Shown here piece after piece: positions 12,111 to 24,307 of a stretch of 64,000 nucleotides of DNA. The translations under genes were made by a program, and so were the position numbers. The DNA lies in the NCBI GenBank assembly GCA_036172245.1, contig JAYWIR010000002.1, positions 5,208,001-5,272,000 of the forward strand, read 5' to 3'. How positions within the stretch are numbered: the stretch's first letter is position 1; every line of letters begins with the position of its first letter. Under the pieces are notes generated by a model. That model was not told the DNA's origin. It did no database searches and worked only from the letters and a program-made list of their open reading frames with translations. This stretch comes from Raillietiella orientalis (Eukaryota).

Positions 12111-15100
12111 CCTTGAACGTATCCTTTTAGGCCTCTGATACTTCCGGTATCTGAGTTTCTCCGAGTCTGCATCAGGCCACGTCCTCTCTTCCCACGGTGA
12201 ACAAAGTTGGTCCTTTCCTTCTTCCCGATGGAGTTAACTCTGAAAGTTTGCAGATTAAATTTTTCAGCTGAAATTAAAAGAGCACCTCGTTTTCTGTGCG
12301 TGTGCTTCGTGATTTATTCCTGCGTTTCCTCAACACCACTGCAAACCAGAGCTTACCGTGAGGATGAGAGGACGCAAACAACATTAAGAGTCGAATAACG
12401 GCACGATCTTCCATCTCAGGAACGGAATTCACACTGCTGAAGCCTAACCATTTGTCTTAAGAGTCGGCCATGCTGTGCACACTTTAGCCATTTGGTAGCA
12501 ATGAAGAACATGCGTTGCTTTCTATCGCCTTCTCGCTAGCTGATGGTAAATGGGGAACTTGGAAGGCGATTCCCATAGTCATGTGACTCGACCCCAAACT
12601 TGAAAACCCGGCTTCCAATGTCCGAGGGTTCTTGTGGGAAGAGGGACTCCAGCACATGGGGTAGGTGGATTTGCAATCACCTAATCATCGAATGCCAGGA
12701 AACGGAATGGCTAACGGCCAGCGGTCATTGGATCGTGGTAGTGTGTGTTGCTGCGACCGAAAGGTATACGCGGATTCCCTTCAGTTTTCGTCTGTTGTGG
12801 AGTTGGTGGACATGGCACGTGGAACGACTTGAACAACCTGTCTTCTTCAAGGTTCTGGTGTGTCAGCTGGCAGCGGAGTGCCAGCCATATGCCTACGTTC
12901 AAGAGAATCATTTGCATCCACTAAGCAAAAATGATTTCCCAGGTTGTCCTGGCAAAGGAGATACTACAAGCCGTTTGCTTACCACCATTTGATCTTTCCA
13001 GAGAAGAAAGGAATCCTAAAATGGTCAGACCAGACCACAGAGTTGCTGGCGGCGCGCTTAGGGTCATTCGATTACTCGTTCTTGCTCACAGAGACTCACA
13101 GTTCAAGGTCTGTCTTGAAGAACTGATGTGTGTCTTAGGAGAAGAGGCATAGGCTGTGGGCTACCTAAGTTTATTACTCCATAGAAAATTTTAGACCACT
13201 TGAAGGAACTGCTGTCGATGGAAAGAGACGCAAGCTCCACCCGTCTACTGATGGTTCCTTAGAGGGTTGATGTTTTCCTATGCTGTGTTCCTTCTGGAGC
13301 TCAGGTGGAGTGGTCTAATTAGCACTGAACAGAGGCTGCCAATTTAGGTGCTGCTCCTCCCAAGTTCACGGTCCACATCCGTTGGATGTTTTCCCTTGAT
13401 TCTTCCACTCGCAAATATCGGACGCAGCACACCCATTTCTTGCTGCGTCGACTTGTGCTTTTGCTTAATGGAAGACTAATCTGGAGACTAATTTTCTCTG
13501 GTTGGCTTCATCTATCTATCTTTGGTGCAGATTGTTTCGAGTTCCTTCTATTTTCTCTCGCGGTTGTGTTCGAATCGGCGCTGGTAGAATCACGTTCTCT
13601 CACTCTGTGGCCATCGACTTTCTATTTATTATTATTATTATTATTATTTTTGATTTCGAGTCTGGCGCTCTGATATCTGCTTGCGATTTTTCCGGGGTCT
13701 CTTTCGCTTTTGTCGCTGCCAGCACTTGATCTTCCTCAGCTGTTCTCGAGATTCTCTGTTCACTCGGAAGCATGCGATCGCTCCGAAAAAATCAGTTTCA
13801 AAAACAGCTTTCTGCTTTAAAACAACGACTTTTCTTGGCTTGCTAAAAATAGCATTGGTGCAGTTGCAAGTTGCCCCCAGAAGATGCAACAAAGATTGAA
13901 GGTGGTAAACATCCTTGCCCTCGTTTCCGGATAACTGCATTGCTTGCTTAAGAGAGCAAAAATTTACGGAACTTCGAAAGCGAAGTTTTCTCCAGCAATA
14001 TTGATCCTTTTCCCAAGTTGCTCAACGGAGCGTCCGCTTATCTTTTCACCAAGAAGCGAAGTTCGCCTTATTTCAACCATCGGAAGCCTTTTTTTTTTTT
14101 TTTTTTTTTTGCGAACTTCGCTGCTTCCGTCGTCGTTGGTGCCGTTTCCCTGAGATTTATCCAAGTGCGCCGTGGGTTCCGAACCTCTCTCCCCACGAAA
14201 TTGCGTCAGACTTGGTGGTCGTACATCTCTTACGCGATCATTCCATAAGCAGCGACGGATTCCCCCCGTGTTCCTCGAAACCACTTCGTTTCCTCGCTGA
14301 TTACACGGCGCAAATGGGGATTCTCTCATCTTCAGAGGCAGAGCAAAAACACACGCGCGCACAAAAGAGAAAAATCTGAAGACATTAAACGTGACTCACA
14401 CCCCATCGTTTCGGGGTAAAATTCGAAACTAAGTTTCGAGGAATAGCCTTTCCATCTCTCCCTAAACACTTGTGCCAATTTCCCTCGGATAACGATAATT
14501 ATTGTACTTGGAGAACCATATTCTTAACTGTCCACTACGATAAACTGCTGTAAACGGGTATCGTCGTGATGATAAGGCACACTCCCGGACTTGGGGAACC
14601 GATGTTCTCGTAATCACAGACGCGAGAGCAGTCTCATGCGGGCAGATCAGAATGGAAACGGAACGCCATTCCGGGAACCTGGACCGAGGGACCAAATCAG
14701 CTGTCTCAATCCTTGCTTTCTTGCAGCGAATGAGGAAATCGAAAACACCGTCGAGAACTTTCTTGGTTTCCGGCAGCGAAAACGAGGACAACCTGACTTG
14801 CTTATCTCTGGAGTCGGAAGAGCTATCGTCTCCTCATGTCTTGTGGATGGATTCCTTCATTTCGTGCATGAGAAGCGCCCCACTATTTTTGGCACTTTAT
14901 ATGTTTCATCGAAAGATTGCTATTTTCGACTAAGATTGTGGAGGGGGGGAGGGGGGGATGAGGAAAGAAAAGGAAAAAAATTAATTTTTTTCTTTTTGCT
15001 TTTCCCACTCCTTCAAGCAGTTGCCCAATGCCTCGTTCCTGCTACCCTCCCTTTTTTTCTCTTTAGATAAATTTTGGCAGACAGCTAACAGATGCTTTAG

Positions 15101-16084
15101 TTTGCACCACCGGATTAATGACACGCGGCTTCTTTATCGATCTACATCATCTCAAATTTCATTGTGAACAAAATGGAAGAAGTGCGTGGCATCCGTCCAT
15201 GCTGCATTCTATGCTGAATCTTCACCCAAATGACTGAAGCCACTGCGAGTGGGTAGTTATTTAGTTCAGCGCTTCTTCTTCTCCTTCTTCCTTCTTCTTG
15301 TTTCTTTTCTTCCTGTGGGTCGATCGTTTTTTTTTTCTTTTCTTTTTTTCTTTTCAATTCCTCAACATGCTAACCACAGGACGAGCCTACCGACAAGGTG
15401 TTGCACATTTAATTTGGAACTGAACACATTTAATCCCTGCTTTGATACTGTTCGACGCAAAGCACTGACGACTGGCTCTTAGTAAAGAATGCTGGGGATC
15501 GTAGATTTTTTACACTTCCTGCCGTTTCCATGGCGACGCGTTGATGGTGCAGGGGTGCTGAAAACGGTGGTTCCCATCATGGAATGTCTCCGACACCCTG
15601 CAGTGATAATTCCCACAGTTCGAACCTTATTTTCGACACCGTTTCATTAGAAGTAAGGGATTTCCGGAGCATCTCCCCCCTCCTTCTCCGCTCCTTTCCT
15701 TTCGAGCGTTCTGAGTTTTCGTATCACCTGGAACCATTCTGGAATTTGAATTTTCCTGTGAAGCAGATTCCAGTCTACTCCGGCAAAGAGTCAGCCACGT
15801 CTGGTCGTCAGGTTGTTGTCAGGTTTTCTTTCTTAGGTCTACACGGGGCGATCCGTGTCGCTGTTGCCTTTCCCATTTTATTCAGTAATGTCAGAGAAAG
15901 GGCCCTCCGTACCTCGGGAATGTTGCCCCCGAAAACTGGAACCGCGAACCCGCCCAGGATGATCTTGAGCTCTCGCCTCATCGAAGGAAAAAGGGTCACT
16001 GGCCACTTGCCGACTTGTTTTCACTCGTTCCATCCTGTTTTATTTACCTCGTATATTAATTCAGGGATCTCGCGTGGGCACGAG

Positions 16085-16950
16085 GGAAACGGGCACTTTG
16101 CGTGCGATGGAAGCCCTTCAGCATTTGGCGAAACAAATGGGAAAACGGTCCAGGACTACGAGTCTACTCGTTCTGCAAATGATCACGAAAAGTCAGATCG
16201 TCGTCGGGATCCATACCAGTTGGCAATTCATCACATCGCAAATAAATAAAAAAAATTATCATTAAAATCATCGTTTTTCGAAGAATGATTTTTTGCTGAG
16301 CTCCCAAAATCCATGGCGGTAACTCAAAGCAGAATGCTTCAGTGGAATATTTAGAACGTTTCGATGTTCTCGAAATTCGCATTCCGTTGACATTTTCGAA
16401 GATGTCCTCTGTAGTGAGCCACAAGACGAATCGATCGCCACGGAACGCAATTCGGACCAGAATGTTCGATATTCGTTCAACATATGCATTCAAACTACAC
16501 ATTCAACCACGTACACTCCGTATACATTCGAGAGGATTTCGAAATTATGGCACCAGGCCATCTGGACAGAAGAAGGTCTTGTGAAGCTTCGAACTTTTTT
16601 TTCATGACGGTTGGAAAAAAGCAAAGAACTCTTCCATTTCGCAGCAGCGGAGGAATATGAGGGTCCAAGGGAAAATGAAAGAGACTGCGAATTTCCTTCC
16701 TGTTCATGAAGTTGGGCACAATGCGACGGAATATGTGATCCACACATGAGTACACGAGACCGAATCCAGTAATCCATCATTTCAATGGAGCGTAACATAA
16801 ATTCGTTAATTTCGATAGAAGATTTTTTTTTTTCTGCATTTGTAATTGCTAACGTTGCAAAAAAAACATTTTCCATGGTTTTCCTTGCATCCCACTGGTG
16901 CTTCTGTATTCCCAGAATGACAGGAAAATCCAAGTGCTGTTTCACCACAT
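16085..16950 (+). mobile_element. Possible decayed hAT-like transposase relic
   Basis: LCVRW...ENGPGLRVYSF (cf. CxTRW...LExWPxLxxYF), EYLERF and FCIP, in the expected order. Heavily disrupted. Confidence 0.3.
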
Positions 16951-17339
16951 GGTTACCTAATTCGGCCGTGTGTTTATATTATGGAAACGAGGGAGCTCCT
17001 GTGGTCCACGTGGTTACCGGAGTTTAGTTTAACTTCGATCGAGCATAATTCACACGTATTCATATATTTGTTGTGCGTGGGTCCACATTACAGCTCGATT
17101 CACCCCATGCCCGTTGCCAACGACCCATTCCTTTTCCGCAGCACATTCACGATGGCTTTTTTGATTTGGCGTCGGCACGGGGTCCACTACTGCGCTTTTT
17201 GTCTTGCATTTCGCTCCCCCCCCATTTGCACTGCTTACACACAGCACATCGAAGCATTTTGCCCGTGACGACGGCATCTTTCTTTTAACATCTTTCAGAA
17301 AGATATGCGAGGTCACCAACGACTAATTGTATCAGTCTC

Positions 17340-17811
17340 CAACGCGACGCTTTGTGGAGTTGCGGTGGGAACAGGCGGATTCCAGAATGACATGACCCGG
17401 ATTTGCCGGGGCATTTATCTGAAGATAAAAGTACAGGCAGATGGTTCCTGTGGTGGACCGCTTGGTTCACCACGTCCCGGCAACTTGTCGGTCACCGGTC
17501 GGGGACACCGGCGAGGTCCGTTCCCTCGGCGGATAGGAAGAGAAAAGCACAAACAAAAAGCGCAACGAGGGTGGGGGAGATGTTCTGGGGGGAAGAAAGG
17601 GCATGGAAGGGATCACTGTTCGCTGGGAGACGTCCTCTATGTCCTGTTCCGGATTCCAACAGGTTGCGTCCTCACATTGCCCAGGTGGGGCTATCGGGAT
17701 GCGGTCTTCAAAAAGATCCTTGGCCAATGGATGACGTCCCTGACATTCTGGCGTCTTCTCCATGTGTTCCAGGCCGCCACGATTCCTCGAAAACGCAGCA
17801 AAATGACATGG
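17340..17811 (+). mobile_element. Possible decayed piggyBac-like transposase relic, interrupted by the hAT MITE
   Basis: TLCGVAVGTG (cf. LCDxxTGY), STGRWFLWWTAWFTT (cf. TGRxVxxDNWFTS), MDDV and RKRSKMTW (cf. MGGVD..RKSKKW), in order. Confidence 0.3.
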
Positions 17812-17819
17812 GGTTAAAG

Positions 17820-18316
17820 CAGTGATACTCAACACTTTCTTCTTCTCGGGCCGCATACATAAGTTTGCAACATTACGCGGGCCGTATGTAGTACGTTACA
17901 TAATATAATTATGTAAAAAATTTTATGCATCGACATATTTTAATTAATTCTACAAATTTTAACAGAACATTTTTTTTTTTTTTTTTTTTACATCCAAGTA
18001 TTTTATGCAAAAAAATCGGAATGATGGATGTGAACAAACGCTTTTTAAATTGCGGTGAGTTGAGCGCAGACTGTATTCTTTCCGCGTACCAACGCTTAAC
18101 ATTGTACGCACCGACGTTATTGCCATGGATTACTAAACAAACGACACGGCCCGCGAGAGGCGCTGTGCGCGCGGGGGCCAACCGCCCACGATTTGCCCTT
18201 CATAAAAACCACCGCCCGACTATCAGAAGATTTTTTTTTTAAAAAAAATACTTAATAGCTGTGAATGATGTGGATCGCGCATGGAAGCTTGGCGGGCCGT
18301 AGGTTGGGTATCGCTG
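17820..18316. mobile_element. Non-autonomous hAT (Buster/Charlie-type) MITE, 497 bp
   Basis: TIRs CAGTGATACTCAAC (17820-17833) and GTTGGGTATCGCTG (18303-18316), 12/14 complementary. Exact 8-bp TSD GGTTAAAG (17812-17819, 18317-18324) with central TA. Subterminal CGGGCCG motifs and an AT-rich interior. Confidence 0.88.
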
Positions 18317-18744
18317 GGTTAAAGCAGTACTGCTTCTCCGCGATCACAGAACGTTCTCGAACCGTCTTGACTGGTCATTGTGGTCCTGTTTCAGATTTCT
18401 ACACGATCTAGTCCGAAAATGTAAAGAGGCGCACCATTCTCATTGATTGTCACGTGAACTATTGAAGTTGTTCAGACAACCACCTGTAGATCACTTGAAA
18501 GCAAACTGTTGCGAAAGACTGTTTTAAAAACTAAACGCACGGCAAGATACTCCGTCGACAGTACCCTAATGATGCATAAATTACGCATCCTCTCGTTGCT
18601 CTTCAGATTGCCACAATTACGGAAGTATAAAGAACGATCGAAAAATAGAGCGTGAACCCCCTCGTCTATAGATAGATACCGAAGCATCCATGTAGTGGTG
18701 CGCCTTCAGCAAATGTTTGAAAATTTAGCAGGGGCTGCTTGCTA

Positions 18745-19045
18745 CTGGCTCCGTCTTCACAAGCGGAACCCCGAAGGGAGCCGGCTCTCGATTGCTGGAG
18801 GGACTTCGGAGGGGTCACCTTCCGATCCCGGAGGCCAGTCAACGGCTGCACGCGGTGATCTCCGACTCCCACCAGCGTCGCACCCGGATATAGGCAAACC
18901 AGCGCCATCCTGCGGATGTGGGGAACTCGAAACCCCACGACGCACCCTTCGTCTCTAGGCGTTCATCCTCCATCCGAGGATTCGAGTCCTCAACGCTTGG
19001 CACCACCAGCGGAGAACCGCACGGCCGACGACGCCTCAGGCCACA
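18745..19045 (-). mobile_element. tRNA-derived SINE-like repeat, copy 2 (more diverged)
   Basis: Shares GGAACCCCRAAGGG and GGAGGCCAGTCAA with copy 1 and AACTCGAAACCC with copy 3, plus a degenerate B box (GGATTCGAGTCC, ~18978-18989), in the same order. Confidence 0.5.
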
Positions 19046-20015
19046 GCTGTGCGTCCTTCCAGCCACCTGCATCCCCTCACGCCACAGTTGTGCGTATGGA
19101 AGCACGCAGGTGTACGGGCTGAGGATGGTAAAAGGGTTACAGATCGGACTTATCCAGAATGAGCTCCAGAACAAGAGATTTTCAAATTACATGGGGACTG
19201 CAGGCAGGACTTGATATTGCAAAGTTATGCTGATGCGAATCCGTTGAGTAAAAATACGCACACGTCCTTGGGACGCTTTGAGGGAAGCAGAAAAGTCCTT
19301 TCCAGGAACGCGCATACGTCTGCAAGGATTAGATTGTAACATGGCACACGTGTACGGGAAAACACGCACAGAAAGCGAATATGCATTAAGGGACACGATA
19401 GGAGGGATAAGATAAGGGAAACACAGGAGGGCAGAAACAAAACACAGGAACTACTAGATTTCGTTCCAGAGGGATGCTGGGCCTCTCTCTGACGAGGAAG
19501 CTCACCAATGTTTTGAGACAGCTTGTCAGTTTCAATAGTGAGCAAGTGTTGATGGGAAGCAGTCTTTTCAAGAAGTTTCCCTGTCCACTTGCGACTGCAT
19601 TCGGTACAAACTGCGGTTCAAGGTCTGCCACCAATTTATCCTTTCTTCTATTGGTTCCCTTGATGCTGCTGAGACGTGATTCACCTGGGATCGCAAGGGA
19701 CGCTTAGAGTATAGACGCAGTGCGTACTTCTCACGTGCATTCGTTCAAGCAACCCCTTTCTCAAGCAGGAAGAATGTCAAAAATGGTTTTTTTTTCCCCT
19801 CCTTTTTCCTCTTCATTTCTCTCCGGTTCCCCGCATCTCATGTTTCTAGAATTCGCTTGATGTTTCCGTCACGCGAAACCGGAGAGTTCCGGACGTCTGT
19901 CTGGATGCGCTAGCTGCTTTTCAGATCGAAAGGTTCGTGGGCATTCCGAAGAACCTCATGCTTCTCCGGATTCGTTCCCGGTTGCTCACTCTGGTGTACA
20001 ACCGATAGTTTCCTC

Positions 20016-20017
<2 letters not shown>

Positions 20018-20099
<82 letters not shown>
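20018..20099. repeat. (GT)41 microsatellite
   Basis: Directly visible, uninterrupted. Confidence 0.97.
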
Positions 20100-20101
<2 letters not shown>

Positions 20102-20142
20102 CCCCCCCTTCGCGATCTCCGTCTGTGTACTCCTTGACACCC

Positions 20143-20960
20143 TTACAGTGGTGTCAAGTGCTTGGATTCTCCGGGGCGGTAGGACGCGGCAGTTTCGCTC
20201 AGTTCCTGGAGCTCACCGAAGCTGTGCTTTCGGTGGTGGATGGCTCCACTGAGCACGTGGGCCTGTTCCTCAAATGTAGGTCACGATCAGGAAGAAAGAT
20301 TTTTTTAAATTCGGAGCCTGCAGCTAGAGGAATGTCTGAGCGAGTGATGTTCTCCCGGATCAGGCGTCGTCGGCAGAGACCCCAGCTTGCCGCGGAAGCT
20401 GTCGACAGGACCTGCTGCACTTCTCACTCTCCGACAGCGTCTCGACGTGTTATTGCCTACATAAAATATAAAAAAATCAACTTTTACAAATCTATTCTGT
20501 TCTTGGAGGGTAGAATCGCTCTAGGTGAGGGAGGTGCGAGCAGCTGGCAGGGAAGGCTGCCCATCTCCTGGTTTCCAGGAGCGAATCGTGTTCCTGGCCA
20601 ATGCATCAGAAAGACGGACTGAGTTGGATGAAGTGGCCCGCCCCCGTGCTTTCCGGTATATGCCTTTGGAGCGTGGGATGCTCACGATGGACGGGAGCAC
20701 GGTCGCTCTCCTGGTAGCCAGGCTGAACAGGCATGCTCTCCTGCCAGCTACTCAGATTTTCCCCATCGAACGTAACTGCAATTTGCCAAAGATGGAAATC
20801 TGTGGGTAGAAACTGGTGACGTCATCACGAAGTATCACGGAAATGCCACGGGAATTCAGCAGAATGGGACTGCAGCAGTTTAAAGGGGGTCTTCGCGTCT
20901 TTCAAGGTGTCACCACCGCGCCTGTTCAACACATCGAGAGTTTCTGGAGACGCAAAGCAG
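20143..20960 (+). mobile_element. Decayed Merlin (IS1595/ISXO2-like DDE) transposase relic
   Basis: Ordered fragments across frames: LQWCQVLG; TELDE (cf. VEIDE); VARLNRHALLP (cf. VxDRxxxTLLP); TAICQRWKS (cf. TIxSDxWKAY); GVTTAPVQHIESFW (cf. GxHTQxIESxW). By-eye match only. Confidence 0.5.
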
Positions 20961-23900
20961 GAAGAAGTTTAGTCCGCGTTGCTAGAGAGGATGAATCCCT
21001 TTCTCTGGTGTGCGCCAAGGAGAGACGAGATTTCCGTGTCCAGGAAGAGAGACCCGGGAGCCGTTCGTTCCTCCTCCTCTCTGAATTCGGCGCTCAGTCC
21101 TCGATCGGGGAGAAGGAGAGATCCCACTCCTGTCCTCAGCGTTCCCTTCGTCTGGTTCCGAAGCAAATCTTCAGCCAAATCCCTGCTCTCACACGCAGCC
21201 CGCAAGCGAGATGTCGAGTCCCAGAAAAAAAAAAAAGAAAAAAGAAAAGTCCTTCCTTTCCGCCGCCTCCGAGGGGCACGAGTTCGCGTCCCACGATTCC
21301 TACCCTGAAGGCTCGGGTTCGCCTTTGTCCAATCAGTTGCTGACAACGACTTATCCCGGAGAAGCCTCCCCTGGACTGTCTTATTCCTCCGAAGAGCGGA
21401 AACCGAGATTTTCAGGATTATTACCGAGCTCGCTCACTCTTTTATTGTCGAAACAGGCATCTTTCTGCGTGTAAATTGATAGTTAAGTTAATGAACAACC
21501 ATCAACGTCGTATACCTTGATGGACTGGATGTATTTTCCCGGGGGCGGCCTCAGCGCTTCCTCGGTCTTTCCTGCACTCGTCGGAGTTCCGGTTTGATTG
21601 TTTCGCTGCGTTCATGAGGACGTCTTTCTTTCTCTCCTGTTCCTTGGGGTTTCCGAGGAAATGCCTCGTATTAATCTCGTGCTCGAGGAAGAGGGGGAAG
21701 GAGGGTGGCAATCGAATTCCCGCGCTCCTTCTGCTGCAACCCCTGCACGAAACGAACTGCGACGGCGATGCTGCTGCTTGCTCTGCTGCAGGAGTAGTCT
21801 GCGGAAGGTTTCGTGAGGAAAATTTCGGAAAGAGGAAGCCTGCGGACAGCAGAGACGGAGAGGCGGGGGGGAGGGGGTCTGAGAGATGGAAGTGTGATGC
21901 GCTCCGGACCTGCAAGTCGACTCGCGAGGAGTCACGCATCACATACGAGGGGAACGGAGCCAAGAAACAGGCTGGAAAGCGGGAAAAACAGGAGGGCTGT
22001 TCGTCTAACTGGACCCTCTTTTTTTTTTCTTTCCTCTCTCCCCCTCCCCACCTCCTCCGACCCTGGCAGCCCTGCGACCGGGTCGGGAGCGTGCCGAGGT
22101 CGCGACGGTGCGTTCCATCACCTGGGATTTTCCACGTGACAGCGCGCGCGGAGGGGTCTCGGAGGCTGGTCTTTGGGCGATGCGGGGCGCCACGAGGACG
22201 TGGCTACGACGGTCCACAGACGCGACCGGATGGGCTGAGGAGATACGAGGATCATTTCGGCACTTGGAACGCAGCTCGATGCGAGCCATTACCATTTGCT
22301 CTACGTCACTGCATTCATCATTAGAGCCTTTACGATCAAAGAAATCTCTCCCTTCCCCTCCCCCTCTCCCTTCCTCCCTCCCTCCTCCAGAAGCAGCAGC
22401 TGAAGAAATTGTGAAAAAATCTCACACCTTAGCAACGCCTTGCAAGGACAGAATTTTTATCTTTCCATTGGAAACCGAAGGAGCGAGGCTCCTGAACCTA
22501 TTTTTTTTTTTTTTTTTTTCTTTTACGATTCCACCTCTTACGTGCTCTGATCACGGACAGGGTCGAAGGAAGGAGAAGAGTCCAGATTCGTCGCAAATAC
22601 CGTGAACGTGGTTGCGCTTACGCGCAAGTGCACACATACGCTGTTGCGTATCTGAACAGGAACGATGCAAACCAGCAGTGTTTCAGTCTGGATTTTATTT
22701 TTGGATGCGCACGCGCGCAAACACAACGTTGGACTTTGACCCTCACTCGGGTTTTGATTCCTTGACAGAGAGGTCCCTCCCCTCATCTTCAAGACTCTTC
22801 TCAGCCTCCGAATCCACCTGGAGGACGACGGTGCATGAAGCCCAATTCCTTTTTTGGACAAAGCGGCGGATCTAATCCCGGTTCCAATTCCTCGAACCAC
22901 CAGAAAGACCACAGTTGCCATGTGGATGATCAGATACGTCAGGTGCGAATCGCAGTCCATCGGCAAATCGGCAGGGAATGGCTGCGTGAAGGTCACGAGT
23001 GTCCGTCGCCCACCAATTCGCTTGGTGCGCGCGGGGGGAGGGGGAAGCTGAAGTCCTTGGAAAGCTGTTGTTGTGGTTGATGTGGTATGTGAAACAGAAG
23101 GAGCATATTTGGTTCGCCGGCACATGAGTGCCTTCATAAAGAGGAAGAACTAGGGAATGCCACTGTGGCTTAATATGGAACACACTTCTGGTTCCAAGAG
23201 GGGAGAAGGCTCGGTCTTTGGTGCTATTAGAATACTTATGCAAATTGGATGCTCATAAGGAGACTCGTAAGCATGCACTTTAGTCGGAACGGATTCGTGA
23301 TGCAAAGTGAAACGAATGGCAGATAGCCGAAGACACCAATGCAGCTCCTTTTTATGGCCGCTCTCGTCCGCATCGCAAACACCGCCATTCTTGCGGTGTA
23401 CTTCCGCAAGGAAATGATCGCCCGATGCTCCGCACTCAGCCCATGGAGATGCATGTAATTTAATTTAGCACACATGTAACTATTTATTTATTGGAAACGA
23501 GCGTGAGTAAGCACGTGGAAATTCGTGTAGGCGTGTCGTGCACGTCTTGAGACAACCGGCAGCGACTAGAGACAAATCAGTGCCCTTGGAAATGACGGTT
23601 GTGAATGCAAGTGTTCTTTTCCTGCCACTCTCTGTCTTTTTGCTTTTCCCTCTCTCCGCTTTTACAAGCAACACACTCTCACTTGCTCAAAATTTCCTTT
23701 CTTTCTTTCTTCTCTTTGCTGCAGAACAAAAAGAAAATTGAAAACGACATTCCGATGAACATTTGATCTGAATACGGGGACATTCGAAATGCGTCTCATT
23801 TAGAATTCACCCGAAGGTATGAATGATGCTCCGGTCCACGTGGGAGACTGGCCAAAACGTTTTAAAAATCGGGTCCCCTCCCCATACCGTAGGGTTTTTT

Positions 23901-24283
23901 GCTTAGAGAGTGTGGTCCTTGAAATTACTTCCTGTAATTGAAACTTGAATCGTTGATGAGCAAATTACTCAAAGTCCCGACAGTGCATGGGACGATGCGT
24001 AGGACGAAGCCATCTCCTTTCTTCCGTCTACAAGAAATGGCGGCGGGGGGGAGGGGGGTTCGTGGATTTGATAAGGAACCGTATATATATTTTTCTAAAC
24101 ATCTTTCCTTACCTGACCAGAAACTCCGCTTTTCGAAGAATCGCCATTATTCATCAGGCTGCCCCTCCACGTTCACGAATTGCGTTTACCTTGTCTACGT
24201 CGTCCTACCGTGTTTGGATGTAAGCAAAAAAAAAAATTCTTCAGCGATAGTCCTTTCGCAGAAGGGAACGGCTGTCTCTTAAA

Positions 24284-24307
24284 AGAGAGAGAGAGAGAGA
24301 GAGAGAG
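24284..24307. repeat. (AG)12 microsatellite
   Basis: Directly visible. Confidence 0.95.

Noticed and set aside
12500..13000. Possible Tc1/mariner transposase relic on the minus strand
   Set aside because: Only vague fragments (RTLKKTG, FLAFDD) and no TIRs found.
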